64,000 bases of DNA from the NCBI GenBank assembly GCA_963924565.1, contig OZ004610.1:7688001-7752000 (forward strand). Direction: 5' to 3'. Positions within the stretch are counted from its first letter, which is position 1; each line of letters begins with the position of its first letter. The notes beneath the pieces are model-generated. The model did no database searches and was not told the DNA's origin. It saw only the letters and a program-made list of their open reading frames with translations. Both the position numbers and the translations under genes were made by a program. The stretch is from Ascidiella aspersa. Lineage: Eukaryota. Positions 25,701 through 38,372 of this stretch are shown here, piece by piece.

Positions 25701-28700
25701 CATTTCGCAACCTCTCGCTGCTGCAGCTGCCGCCACACCCGCCCTTCTGGCAAACTACCACGCTCTTTCTGGTAAGTTTTTTCCTTATCAAATACTATAT
25801 TAATTGATGAAAGTATTGCTGTGTGGTGTTACATCTACATTCGTGATTACCTTTTGCTGGTAATTACAAGGGCGCTTTGATGGCGTAACTTTACTTCAGT
25901 TTTGTGTATGACCGACATCTTAATAATAACACTACTATATATACTTTTATTTAAATAGTTTTATATTAAGCTCTATAGAAAGCTAACTATGGGTCTTTTT
26001 TACCGATTCAAGAGGTAAATGTAGTTACTTTGCTGTATGGACCACAAAGTCTTTATATCTGTCAAACCAAACTCCACGAAAAAGTCATTCAAGTTTCCGT
26101 TTGTATAAAATTGCACGTGTCTACAATATGTCCCTTTCGTCGTATACATTTAAAGGATATTTTTCTCTTGTTTTATAAATATAAAATCAACGACAGCAGA
26201 AGAACAAATCTCTGCGTATCAAAAACCTTTCTTCTATTTTTTTTTGTTCTTTCTCACCGTTCGTGATTGTTTTCCGGTGCAAACCATTACAATATCGTTA
26301 GGTCGTTTGTACAAACACGTTTTGAACATAAAAGCTGGTTCAATCTAGAGGTATCCAGATTTTTAACTCCTTGCGATTTATATTCTAAATATTAAATTAA
26401 ACAGCACAAGGACTTCTTGCGCAGTTGAAAACCTTCCACCCACCTTTCCCGCCTTTCCTTACTTTCATTCCATTTCCAAAAAGTTTAAACCTCTGCGCTT
26501 TTCCTCCAGAGCACATCTCAAACATCCAAGGTCTCCTTTCCTCCCCCCTCGCGTCCGGATTCGCGAAGAGCAGTTCCCTTCCGGAGCAAATGTTCGATCT
26601 CTACGCGCTTTCCAAGTCCTCCTCCTCCTCCTTACCCGCTCCGGGTCCTCTCATCAATCCCCATCAACTCGGAGGTTTTACCCGCGAGGAGAGCAAGTCC
26701 GCGCAGCGCCAGAGCGCCTTCGATCACGTGACCACGGCGGCGGGAAAGTACCCGCGCTTCCCACAGTGCATCGCGACGCCGTTCGACCGTAACGTGACGT
26801 TGCCGCTCTTCCTGAGGCGTGACGTGTCGAGTCCCGATCTGTCACCGAACGGGGTAAGTCGACTATAGCTTTTCCTCATTTAGGTAACTTAGGTCTTTTG
26901 GGGCAAGTTATTTAAATTAAATTAAACCTTTTGATAACTAACCTGAATTGGACTAAATTAATTTGGGTAAATTGGCCTACATTACTTTTATTACTAAAAT
27001 CCTATATAACACAATGTTTTTCGTCGATGTAAATTTGCACTTTTTACTTTTGATATTCAAAATATGAAACACTCCTAACTATAGTTGCCTAAATAAATAA
27101 ATAGATGTTTTATCACTGTCATTAGGCGTGGTCGAAATTTCGATAAATTTATAGGCGATCTTAAACTGAAAAGTTTATTGGGAATCATATAGTGTCTAAG
27201 TGCCTAATCTTTATACTGTTACGTTGTTTATTCAGATATACTAACGATGCCTTTGCCGGCGAAATGTATTTAAATATTCAGTAGCATCTATAAAAGTATC
27301 TGGCCTGTAAGCATTGCTAGATTATTTTAACTCCCGAAACAAATAGGAATTTGTTTTTCAAACTAAAACAAAATTCTCTGCGCAGGATCTCAAATCGAAG
27401 AAATGTCGGAGGAGCCGAACGGTCTTCACCGAGCTCCAGCTCATGGGATTGGAGCGCAAGTTCGACCAGAAAAAGTACCTGTCGACCCCCGACCGCATGG
27501 AACTGGCCGACACCCTGGGGCTCACCCAGCTTCAGGTGAAGACCTGGTACCAGAACAGGAGGATGAAGTGGAAAAAGCAGGTGGGTTTGGACGAAGGAGT
27601 CTCGTAGAATATGGGTGAATACTTTACTAAAGCTGACTGGCCCAGGTAAATATCACGGAAGGATTTATAAAGCATGTTATAAAAATAGTGTTTTCAATTT
27701 TTCCACCTTGACAAAAAATATTTCAAGAAGTGGTTCGTCTTCACTTACTTCATCCTTATTGTCCCCATGCTATTTTTCTTCTTGTTTATGCTGTAACGTG
27801 AGAATGTTGAAAGCGCAGAGACACTTCCTATACTTGAAGCACGTAGTGTGGATTTTGCAACGTTATAAGTCAAGTAGTGCAGAGGAATGACTGGTGCTAG
27901 AGCACTTTTGACTTGAAGCACACAGGTTTAATTTTGCAACGTTGAAAGGCAAAGAGCATTAGATTGACTGGTGCTAGAATCATTTGACTCAAACCAAACA
28001 AAGTGGATTTTGCAACATTAGAAGGCAATTAGGACAGTGGATTGACTAGCGCTATCGTCTCATTTGACTTGAAGAACACATGGTGAATTTTGTAACGATG
28101 GAAGTAGAGGCGAGCGGGATACAGGAGGTGCCTATTTAATTGCAAAAGCGCTAAAACGCAAAAAGTTGCGCAATGCTGGATTAAAGTTGTGCAACACAGG
28201 ACTCGAACTAGTAGCGTAAGGTACGGCCGGTTCTCAAATCCGCCTTGCTTGTAACACGTGGCTTGATCGCTGCAACGTTAGAATTTGACGCAAAATAAGT
28301 TCAAAAAAATTCAAAAATCAGAGGCGAAAGCAAATTTTAAATCGCACTTAATTCTTCCAGTGTTTGGTCTGGATTTGATCTGTATTTTTATAAGTAATTT
28401 TAGGGTTAACCCTAGGGCTCTCTACTCGAACGGAAGGTGTCAATCTACTGCTGATCTGTATAAAAGGTAAAGCAATGAAATTCAAAATGGGTCGACCAGA
28501 CTTTTACGACGGATGGTAGTTAAAAAACGGATTGATGGTTGAAAACAAACAAACATAGGATTCCAATTTTAAAGCAATGACCAAGGCGGAGTTAGGTGAT
28601 TATATTTTCAGATGGAAGGAGAATAGAATCACGCTTAAGACGGAATGCCGACAGGCAAGACCAAGGCCAAGCACGTGAACGACAGTAATTGGTTTTCAAC

Positions 28701-30455
28701 TTGAAAGACCCGCTGGCCCCGAAACCGCAGATTAAACAAAAGCGTCACCCTTTAGGGATCGCTGGGGCCAATGGGGTGCAATGCCTGGGGGTAAAAAAGC
28801 GAAACTCCTTCCTTCAGCAACCCGATAGGCCAATTAATGCCCGCTTAGAATGCCGCATGGTGAGCCATTATCGTCTACCGGGCGTATTTATCTTCGCTAA
28901 ATTACCGTACTTAGGGTTATGCGCATCCATCAGGCGAGCTATGTAGTGTCAGAACGAAGGCAATTTTAAAGCGGCTCCGGAGAGCGTATAATACCCATTA
29001 CCGTCAAAGGTTTGTTTCAAAGGCGAAAAAGCGCCGAAAATGATAATCTCATGCCCGCTTGTCTTTACGTTTCGAATTAGGAAAATCGGCATTAATATTG
29101 CAGAGTCGAAGCGAGTCCAGCCTCTGATGGCGCCAACAAACAGTCGTTAATCATCGCTCTAGAAATTCAACTGCGCTTTGGTTAATCTTCTGACATGTAA
29201 TATTCAAGGTAAACAGGCGCTTAACGGTAATGACCCGTTGTTCTCCATATGCCAGACGTTTAGTTGGGCCTCCGGTTCGCCAGCACCCATCAAATGCTGC
29301 CGTGTTATTGCGTTTACTCAACGAATAGGAACAACAAACGCCCATTAGCGCAAAACGCCGCTATCAAAGCACTTTAACAACACGCTTTTCGGGCGCCGTA
29401 GTCTTCTCTTGATAGGTTTGTGCCTTGAGCATGATAAACCGCTGTGCGGCGAGGTATTTACGTTTGCGAAATGCTGGACTTGTGTACACGAAATGTTTCG
29501 AATGTTGTTGATGTTAGTTCAATACTGAGTTATATATCCAGTTTGTACTAGATTAGGGGCCAATAAAATAAGGGCAAGTGTTTTTTTCAAACTTCGATTA
29601 CGTAAGGCCGCAAAAAAAGGCCTTTTTGTAATCTGTTGTGGCATTTTTAAGCCTAATAATTGCCCGTTTTAACAGAAGTGGAAACATCCACAATATTGTT
29701 TGCGAACTTGCTGTGTTTTGATTGATATTACGCCTGATAACAAGAGTTTACTTGTGTAGAAAAAATACACCCTTATACTGAGATCGGTAACGCACGTTGT
29801 ATGGATTAAACGTAGCAATCACGACAATTAGTTTCCAACTTACAATTTCAATCCAATTTTTATTATTGTATGAGAAACCCCAAAACATACAAAATCGTTT
29901 CACGAGCCGTCAACCAAAGTTTCGAAGGCACGATTCTTGGAACAACTAAGAAAGCTAAATTAAAGCTAGAGTGGCAAAAAACAACCCAGGCGTTTTTGTA
30001 ATGACCAGACTCCACAAAAAGGCTTGACATACTAACAATTTTGTTTCATTTACGTTAACGTATTTATAGTTGGTAATTAAAATATAGTACTGAACTGACA
30101 CAATTAAACAATTTGTTTTGCGGACTGGCTAAAAACTATTGTCACCGGGCCGTGGACCGACGGCTAGGAACCACTGGCTTCTAGAGTTAGACCATACTAT
30201 TCGATACATTTCCTCACACATAAGTAATGGCTTTGTAAGCGTTGCGACCTCGCTCTTAAAGATGCTTTTGATTTCCAGGGTCAGTTGAACGGCTCCGTGT
30301 CCGAGACCCAGCTCAAGCCAAAGGGAAGGCCACGAAAGAGTCCTGAGCCAAGAGAGGAAGACAACGAAGATTGCGAGCGGATGCAAGAAAAAGAGGTTGA
30401 GCAGGAGCCGGATTCTGAGCAGCGAGCTGTTTCCATAGTGACCGCGGTTAACTGA
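19283..30455 (+). CDS. Barx: Barx-family (BarH-like, NKL/ANTP class) homeobox transcription factor, 7 coding exons, ~595 aa: join(19283-19739,22695-22818,23523-23853,25612-25771,26510-26853,27386-27580,30279-30455)
   Basis: All six introns are GT-AG and phases chain without a stop (1,2,0,1,0,0); total 1788 nt. Homeodomain [61 protein letters not shown] closely matches vertebrate BARX1/2 ([22 protein letters not shown]). N-terminal SFRIRDIL and LRFGVSAIL correspond to BARX1 SFMIEEIL and LKFGVQALL. C-terminal KPKGRPRK corresponds to the Barx basic region KPKGRPKK. Confidence 0.93.
19706..19920 (+). repeat. Three-copy tandem repeat spanning the Barx exon 1 donor
   Basis: TATTG(G/A)CTTG(C/T)CCGTCGCT(G/A)CAGACCAAAAATG|GT(G/T)GG with GT at 19740, 19831 and 19914. 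Confidence 0.92.
20500..21170. promoter_or_regulatory. CpG-rich candidate intronic enhancer of Barx
   Basis: Non-repetitive GC/CpG-rich patch in intron 1 with TAATCC/GGATTA, CAATTA, GATA-type and TGTTTGTT motifs. Confidence 0.45.
22695..22818 (+). CDS. Barx: Barx coding exon 2
   Basis: Acceptor TTTTTTTAG|GC, donor CAG|GTTGGA; phase 1 to 2; reads (G)[40 protein letters not shown]. Confidence 0.82.
23523..23853 (+). CDS. Barx: Barx coding exon 3 (poly-Q/poly-N low complexity)
   Basis: Acceptor TTCGTCAG|C, donor CAG|GTTGGT; phase 2 to 0; HHQQQQQQ...PNNNNN...QIGTYCQQ. Confidence 0.85.
23972..24280. mobile_element. hAT-type MITE in Barx intron 3
   Basis: CAGTGGTTTTCAACC...GTCGAAACACTG; flanks TGTTAAAG / TGTTAAGT (degenerate 8-bp TSD). 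Confidence 0.75.
25612..25771 (+). CDS. Barx: Barx coding exon 4 (Q/A-rich)
   Basis: Acceptor GTGTTTAG|CAA, donor TG|GTAAGT; phase 0 to 1; [28 protein letters not shown]...[19 protein letters not shown]. Confidence 0.85.
26510..26853 (+). CDS. Barx: Barx coding exon 5 (S/P-rich)
   Basis: Acceptor TTTCCTCCAG|AG, donor GGG|GTAAGT; phase 1 to 0; lies within ORF 26425-26868. Confidence 0.87.
27386..27580 (+). CDS. Barx: Barx coding exon 6 (homeobox)
   Basis: Acceptor CTCTGCGCAG|GAT, donor CAG|GTGGGT; 65 codons containing the homeodomain with Bar-class T47/Y49. This frame is not shown in the ORF track. Confidence 0.96.
27810..28105. repeat. ~78-bp minisatellite, about 4 degenerate copies, in Barx intron 6
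   Basis: Recurring ACTTGAAGCAC...ATTTTGCAACGTT...TGACTGGTGCTAG at ~27832, 27911, 27987 and 28067. Confidence 0.8.
28620..29460. promoter_or_regulatory. Candidate enhancer in Barx intron 6
   Basis: GC/CpG-rich unique patch dense in TAAT/ATTA cores (TAATTG, CAATTAAT, CCATTA, TAATGA), plus GATA-type and TAAACA sites. Confidence 0.45.
30279..30455 (+). CDS. Barx: Barx last coding exon (basic/AT-hook-like KPKGRPRK, acidic tail, stop)
   Basis: Acceptor ATTTCCAG|GGT; [28 protein letters not shown]...VTAVN*. Confidence 0.92.
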   Translation, partial: GQLNGSVSETQLKPKGRPRKSPEPREEDNEDCERMQEKEVEQEPDSEQRAVSIVTAVN

Positions 30456-33400
30456 GAGCCGAGACTCGGGCGTCTTGGCCACGGAACAAACAGAGTCAGC
30501 TTTGACATTTGAAAGATCTTCACCTGACATGGCTTGTTAATAGGTTAGGCCTTGCGCGCTTGAAGCACTTGTTGGTACATGGCGAAATACAGAATCACGT
30601 TTGATATGAGCACTTACGCCTTAATACTGCGATTCTTAAACTTTTGGGGCCGCGCTCCTTTTGCGAAATCCAGGAATTATATGATTTATGGCTCCACAAA
30701 GCCAATGTGCCCTTTTCACTTGTACTTTTTTATGTTTAAGAATGATTTGCATTAGACAGCAAGGGTTTTTAGAATAACATAAATTGGGTATACAGAGAGG
30801 ACAAAAAGTGATTTAAAAAGTAAAGGTTGCCAGTCAGGTAGGTCTTTTCAGTGATACTTCGCGTCCCTTGCTATTCATATACTCCCCCATAGGTGAACGC
30901 GCCCCTAAGTTTAAGAAACCCAGGATTAAACTATCGTTGTTACTATTAATTACTATGTCACCTAAGTGCCGTTCTTCTATATTGCCCTTGATCGTTTTTC
31001 TTTGACAATTTTGTTGCGTTTTTTTCACATTTCTTTGCGCTTTTTTAGACTCGTCTCTTGAATGTGAGCGCAGAGCCAGCAATGCAAGTTTGTTGTGTTG
31101 TGTGGTCGCTGTAACTGCAACAGACATTATTAAACTGCCCACACAGAGAGTATATAGTTTTACTTGCAGTAGCCTATTTATTAACTTTGCCCTTATTGTT
31201 CCTATTTTATCTCATTTATACCTTAACGATTGTAAGATAGTCTCTCTGTACTGACGAGTAATAGTCTCGATTTATGTTAACCTTTGGTTTTTATTGTCCA
31301 ACATTGTTCAACATATGGTATACAGCAGAATAAGTAAAGATTTAAACGTTAGGTAAAAAGTTCTCAGTTCCTGACTGTCTAAGCGACTTTCCCGTTAAAT
31401 ATTTGTTTTGTTATTTAATCCAAATCTCGCAGAACAAGTTTCAGTTGTTTATGTAACGTTTTTTTGTACAACTGTTTTTTTTGTACTATTGCCTTTTATG
31501 TCTTTTAACCGTTTATATATATGTATATGTGTTCATACACTTTATATTTGTAAAGACCGACGCCTCGTACATGTGCTTGGCATTTTAGTTTTTAAAGGGG
31601 TGTCGGTCGTTTTATTGCTTACATGTTCCATTTCTGACGCTCTTATTTCTCCTTTTGTCTTACCGTACGCCTGTATCACGGTCATAAGTTCCGTACAAGT
31701 TCTATTTGTATCAAAACCGTTTTTTTGTTCTGTTTACGTCTTGCATATATACTGTACGTCTCGCGTTTTCTATACAAATATTACGAAACCGACATTTCAT
31801 TGTGTGTTGTAGAGGTATATAAGTCAACTTTTTTGCTAAAAACACCAGGTGCGGTGGTTTTGCTATTACTCGCAGGGCGCGACGTTTATCTGAAATAATT
31901 TAAAGTTTAAAAAAATGTACAGCAGTTCAGCTGGTTATCGTTTTGCACTAAACCTTTGGTCGTTCGCTAATGAGGTTGCGCTGAGTCTTATGTTGAACTG
32001 TATTTGAACAGCTTTTTTGAAATTTAGAGGTGTGTATATTTACCGATTAACTTTTTTGTTTTAGCCGATCACTAAAATCGAACATAATCGAGAAACAATT
32101 CGTTGTTGAAAATTTCCCTTGGTTGATAAATCATACAAGAGTCTGCTAAACTGCTTGTTATCAGATATAAATCTGTAAACATTCAAAACCCCATACATTT
32201 ACAATAAAACCGGCACATGGTTGAAGACTGGGGCAATAAAAAAAATTCAAATTTCCAGTGCTGATCAATAAGGATCGCAAAATCAAACACATTCTTTTCA
32301 ACACTGGATATATATAGTCGCTTACTTAACATGTCAAGCGTGACGTACATGCACAGCTTTAACACGAGGGAAAACAATTATGTAATTGAAAACTTGTACA
32401 TCGATTGAATATGTTTAAAGTCAGGGTGTACCTTCATATCAACATGCTTTTCAAGGTTTCGCAAAAATTAAGAAAGACATATTGAGCAAATAATAAAACG
32501 GGGTAGGCCTATCTTTATGAAATTTAAAACCATTGGCAACAGGTTTTCTACTTGTCGATCACTGTTCCGTTGACGCGAGAATAAAGAAAAGTTAAAAAAA
32601 TCGGTTGAAACACAGGATTAGACATTTTTTAAAGGAATATATATTTCGCCTTTACAAAGGCATCTACTGTACCTAACTCAAATAGTTATTAAGGAAGTGA
32701 TGATTCCAATATAGAACAGGCAAAACGTCTCTTCGTGAATATTAGCATCGTGAAACACGTAACTTTAACATAATCCTCCAAAAAATTTCAACTCACAATA
32801 AGCAGCTGTGAAGCGCAACCGCAAAGTACACCGTCCGCAGATTCACGATTAAAGGTCGCATAGAGTCGAACCGTTCGGTCGAATTAAGGGGCGCTTTTCG
32901 GCCGTAAATTGCCTCGTGGCTTCAACACCTCTAAACGTCATCGCCTTATCGCGTACATGACGTCACGAATCGCGTCTTCGGATCTGCGAAATGACCGGGT
33001 CCAAAAATGCGCGACACGGTTTTCGCGTGTGGAGCTGTAATCTTGGGTTTCGTTGGGTTTTAAAGCGCTCGTTAGAGCCACAAAACGGCCACTTTAGTTG
33101 TCTTGAATCTAGATCAGGGAAAATTTAACTATTTCGACTAAACTAAGGGATGGATTACAGTAAAGACCGAAAATCGCTGGTTATGATATAAATCCTGTGT
33201 CCAATATTACTGACTGGATAAATTTTACATGATATAAGCATAACAAAGTACATCAAATTTAAGTTTTGATTAGTATCCGTCAAAAGAAAAACAAAGGCCA
33301 CCGGCCATTTCATGAACGTAATTGCTCAAGATTACCTCTTATCTAATTCAACTTCGAAAAGTTCGGGAAAAATGTAAATAACTCTAAGCCAATCAAATTT

Positions 33401-35399
33401 GAGTGGCATTTGTACTGCAATGCAATGCACATCTAATTATGTTTTCAATAAAAATGTTGCTATGTCTACGGCGTTTACCGTCAAGTAATGCGAAGCATCC
33501 CGTTATACAAGGGCCTTTCCTGATATTGGTCAATGAGAGAGAATAATAAGGTTACAAGTTTAACGTTTTAGGCACACTTGTGTACCGCAGCACACAGTAT
33601 TAAGAATCACTTTAGTGGCGAGACTATAAGTTTAATAACAATGGGGACAATACAATTTTACTTTTTTTCTTTTTTTTAATTCAGTCTTGTTATAAATTTT
33701 GCCTTTCACATAGCCGATAGTATAGAACTTTTTAAATAACCATATTTTTGCAAGCAAACAAAAATTAAAAGGAATTAGGCTAAATCACGACATATTGATT
33801 ATAAAAATTACCGGTATGATGCACGAAATGTTTTCCAACGGGTGGCATTAAGCGTTAAAAATAAACCCCTCATCCAAAAAGAAACCCCCTTATCCGAACG
33901 TAACCCCCCCTCCTCCGATCGTAGTGAATTTCACACGTTTCTTGTATTGTGATTTTCGTAAAGGTTTCAAAGAGTTATATAACACACTCACCGTTAAATT
34001 GATACTGTTAAAACGATTAATCCGCGCCCGACGCCTATAAGAAGCTCTCTCGATCGTTTTGTATCAAAAACCTAACCCCTCCTAACTCCCTTGCCTTGCA
34101 CCCTGGCACGTGACAACATTAACATAAATCACGGGGGCTAAGTAACGTTATCTCGCTACTTTGTCCGGACTTTGTCGCATTGACCTATTTGATCTGCGCT
34201 GCAATCGAAAGGCCAACAACAACAAACAGACCTTAAAAACGGGCGTTGGAATGAGCAGTAATTTGCTCGGACCGCGGACTTCTATCGGTGAAGATCACCG
34301 TTTTTGAGAGAAACCGTCTCTTACCTTTGTACACGAGAAGCGTCGAAAACCCTTTTCGAAGTTTTTGCGATTGCACCGCAGCCCTTAAAGCTCGTGTCGA
34401 GCGTGGATATCTTAATCCGTAAAGGTCTAACTCGTATGAGCGCAAAATCAGGCGCCGTTTAATGGAATAATCGTGGCCAAAATTTTTGCCTTATCGCTTG
34501 CTATCGCCGCCACAAGTTGCTAACGGCGTCACTGCACAGATCGAACTGCCCTGCACAAATATACATTGCCCTATGAAATGTGCATTTGGATTTATTTCCG
34601 AGGGCCATTTACATTTTTGCGGCTAGTAAGGAGTTCTTAAATGTTTTTCTTGAGTCGCGTTAAAATCCTTTTTTTGACCTTTGATCATTGATGGAAAGAT
34701 GAATGTATAGGAGGGATAAGCAAAGCTGGAAAGTTCTACCGAGGTTCGTACCTACAAATTAGTCCAATTACCCTACATTTTCACCGTCTTGTCTGTTGAC
34801 ACAAAATCATTTAGATCGCTGGTGTTTCTTATCTGAATAATTTGGCCCGAAAATAATTAACGTTAAAGACTTCTAGCAGGTTTACGCAATAGAGAGTATT
34901 TGTGGCCCACGGCCGTCTTTCGTTTTAGGCCAGTATTTATAAATCAATTAAAAAACATTTTGATCGCACATCCAGTTTCAATTTTTTATTTGCAGATCTA
35001 TAGGAAATAGCAGCCCTTATTATGTTTGTTTTGTTGCACTTAATAACATTAGTTTTTGGAGCAAATATTTCATAAGAAATTACACAAGCGTAACATAATG
35101 CCAGAAAAAAATGTATTATGTTGCAAAAATGAGGCTCATTACCAAATTTTTCCGAAAATGTTTTTAATTAAAACACTAGTCATTTTACTTAGTGACTGAT
35201 TTTCCCAGTCTTTGTCAAATGGCCGACTTATATTACAGTGTTGACAAGCTTTCGCATAACCGTTCTTCATCAGTCGTAGTAGGAATAAACAACGAGCATT
35301 GTAAACAAATTATTATTAAACAGTGACACACGGTTTACAGATCTAAAATACTGACGTCAAGTCAAACGATTGTTCTCCAAATAACCCAAATAAAATAAA

Positions 35400-35710
35400 G
35401 TCAATCAAAAACAGTGCTAAGCCATTACAACAGTGGTTTGATATGCATCACCAGATTTCCTGATTTATTTGTGACAAAATAAGTCAGGGAGTTCCGACAA
35501 GTAATACCAAGCCAATCGAAAACAGTGATTAAGCCATTACAACACTGGTTTGCAGGGCATCACCAGATTTTCCTGATGTTCAGATCAAGTCCAGGGATTT
35601 CCGCCAAGTAATACTGTATAAAGTCAATTCAAAAAATTGACCTAATTTTAAGATATAGCCATTTGAAAACAGTGATTAAACTTTTAGAACAGTGGTTTGC
35701 AGCGCATCAA
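35400..35710. repeat. ~110-140-bp tandem repeat, 3 degenerate copies
   Basis: AAAACAGTG(C/A)TAAGCCATTACAACA(G/C)TGGTTTG...GCATCA recurs at ~35408, 35519 and 35666. Confidence 0.8.
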
Positions 35711-38129
35711 TCTCTGTCATCGCCCGGCTTTTAATTAAGCTAACCTCGCCATAATGGAGGGAGCCAATCGCTCTAGGACGGACGAGCGCGCCGCAAAAAT
35801 TATCACCCGCAAAAATCGCGTCTTCCCCCGTGCGCAACAACAAACAAGCAGTTTTGCGTTCAACAGCCTAAAATCTATGTTTTGTTCTTTCTCTCGTCAC
35901 GATTTCCTGCGTTGCCGTCGCCACGCGTTTTAGAGGATCAGTCGCCCAAAGTGCGTATTTGGTTTACGCGATGCGGCGGACTGCGGTTCCAGGCAGACCG
36001 CTGGCCAGGTGACGCCAGGGCGCCTAACGTTTTTGTGGTCGCATGAGATCCGCTTAGCTCGGATTAGGATATTGGGGAGAGGACGTGTTGTTCTCTTCCG
36101 GTTACTATAGATCAGTGTTTGTCAGCCATCGAAGGCGTGCGCCATTAATTGTTTAGCCCAGCTGCTCAATCACTTGATGATACTGAAACAAGGTTGTCTT
36201 TAATAAAACAATTTATTAACTTTGATAATTTATTGAACAACTTTTGACATATTTTAGAATAAAAAGTGGTTAAATCAAGTTTTTTTTTTTATAACATTCG
36301 GTGAAAATAATTTAAATCAAATAAGATTTCCATGTTTGTCACGCTATTTTGTCAGCTCAAAATGTTATATCCTGCGCACGATTTCCATTCATAACAGAAT
36401 CAAAACGTTTGATGAACTCTTCTTGATTTTTAATTTTTCGAAACAAACCTAAAATGATTTTATGGGGCGAATGTGACATCCAACATTAACTTTATTGACA
36501 CTGCACTTGGAATATGACTTTACTAGGACATAGGTCATTTCTGTTACGTTAAACTATTCCAGAACCTTACTTCTCAGCCTGACGTCTGCCAAGCGCTACA
36601 ATGCGTGTTTTTTAGTTGTATTAAAATAAGCGACAAGTAAAATTATAAAACACTAAAACAACGAAAAGCGGCCAACGCCTAAAAAGGTGACAAAAACATC
36701 AATTCCCAGGATTTCTATAATGATACCAAGCTAGCCCCAAAACACGACTGCCCACAATGGTTTTCGGGTACGGTACGCCAATTGCAACAGCGAGAGAGAA
36801 AAAAGGTGTGTGTGTCATATGTAACTAATTATTAGGTGCCAACGGAAAACGATAAGATAAGAAATAAAGCGTGAAAGGTGAGGTGCAAAAGTGGAAAAGC
36901 GATATCAAGTGAGTGAGAAAGAAAGAGTGTAAAGAACAACAAGAGTACAAACGATAAAACGTAAACAATAACGCACACACAAATGATAAACAATCGGTGC
37001 AACATTTCAACATGACTGGTTAACCACACTGCCCTTTTATCACTTCGGTTTGAATCTTTTTTATAAATTTTTATCAAAATATAATGTTTAATTTCACGCA
37101 CACCTTGTTAACCGTAACCGCTCAGAATTATATGCAAACAACCCGTCAATATCCTTTTAAAGATAACAGCCTTCTAATGTCGAGGCAAACCTGGTCGCCA
37201 AGTGTATTTCAATTCATGGGCAGACGGCCAAAAGCGTTGTCTCGTTTTGTGAAGACCTTGAGGATTCGCGGCAATAAACGATTCTAATCCCCAGAAGAAA
37301 AAAATCAAAAGCTTACAGCCGCAAACCGTTGCATATTTCGCTCGCATTTAATTCGTGCAGGCTAGTCTGCACTCTAGCCCGGGGAGCGATTAGCATCGCA
37401 AAAACCCGATTTAAGATCGTCTTAATGTCGAAAAAGTCGACGCTTTCGCTTGTTGTCGGTCGGAGAACGCGATCAAAGGTGCTGAAAAAGATGAAAAATT
37501 GTTCGGGAAAGAAATCGTTAGAAAATCTGTGTTTTTTTCAGTGGCACCATTAGACCAAGTGGCACAGCATTGCGATGGAAATCTCTCGAAGATGGGAGCG
37601 CGGCTTGTTATACGGGACAACAGATATATAGCTGCTGCAGTCTCCGTTCAATCGCGCGCCTATCTGGGCACGTTTTGCTCGCTTAATGGCCTGACATAAA
37701 TCGGTGATAAACTGCGGCTTTTTAAACAAGCACGAAGTCCGCCGTAATCGTCGCCCGGAATGTTTGGGCTAGATTTGATTTTCACTGATTGATTTGTTGA
37801 TCGACGCTCGTGCATACGTCACAACGAGCATTGCAGCTATCTGCTCTTGATCCCGGATGACGTCACATCACAAGATCACCACATCTTTGCATTCCTCAGC
37901 GAGATTTTTATTTTGGAGGCAAATAAGCCCTTTACATGAGAGTAGCTCTGGCGACTTTTTGTCCTCGTTTTCACATGAAAAATTTCGCACAAATTTATCT
38001 TTTGCACGGAATGCGAACGGTGTTAAACGAGGAAAGAATATGGCGTCCAAGAAAATAGGCGTTTGTTTTTGCAAATTTCTTGGTGTCCCAAAAGGTTAAT
38101 TGGCAACTCTGAAAAGATTCAACCTGAAA

Positions 38130-38372
38130 TATTCATACATGTGCGTCGTGCGTGTTTAAAAACTCTGGTCTAGCCCTTCTGAAGTCTCTTTTTGACCGAC
38201 GATAACGGCTTTCATATCATAGTATACCGGAAGCCGCCGATAGACTAACCGAATTTGTCGATCAAGATGTAAGCAAAGCTGGCTAGCAAAATAACTAGCC
38301 CGCGTTGAGGTTCGCATTTACGACTTCCAGTCATACCGTGACCGTCGTTATACCGACTGAGCTGCACAGGTT
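38130..38372 (-). mobile_element. Degenerate copy of the tRNA-like repeat family
   Basis: CTAGCCCTTCTGAAG...CCGAATTTGTCGATCAA...AACTAGCCCGCG..GAGGTTCG...ACTGAGCTGCACAGG aligns with 47400-47546 and 5936-5965. Confidence 0.75.

Noticed and set aside
27351-27618. ORF-track proteins over the homeobox
   Set aside because: Wrong frames; the homeodomain is in the third frame, entered by splicing.
27810-28105. Regularly spaced repeats as a CRISPR-like array (also 35400-35710 and 56898-56990)
   Set aside because: Whole units are degenerate duplicates with no unique spacers; eukaryotic context and no cas genes.
30129-30530. Minus-strand ORFs of 133 and 80 aa
   Set aside because: Antisense shadows of the last Barx exon.
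31408-31812. 134-aa hydrophobic ORF
   Set aside because: T-rich low-complexity sequence typical of a 3'UTR; non-ATG start and no splice support.
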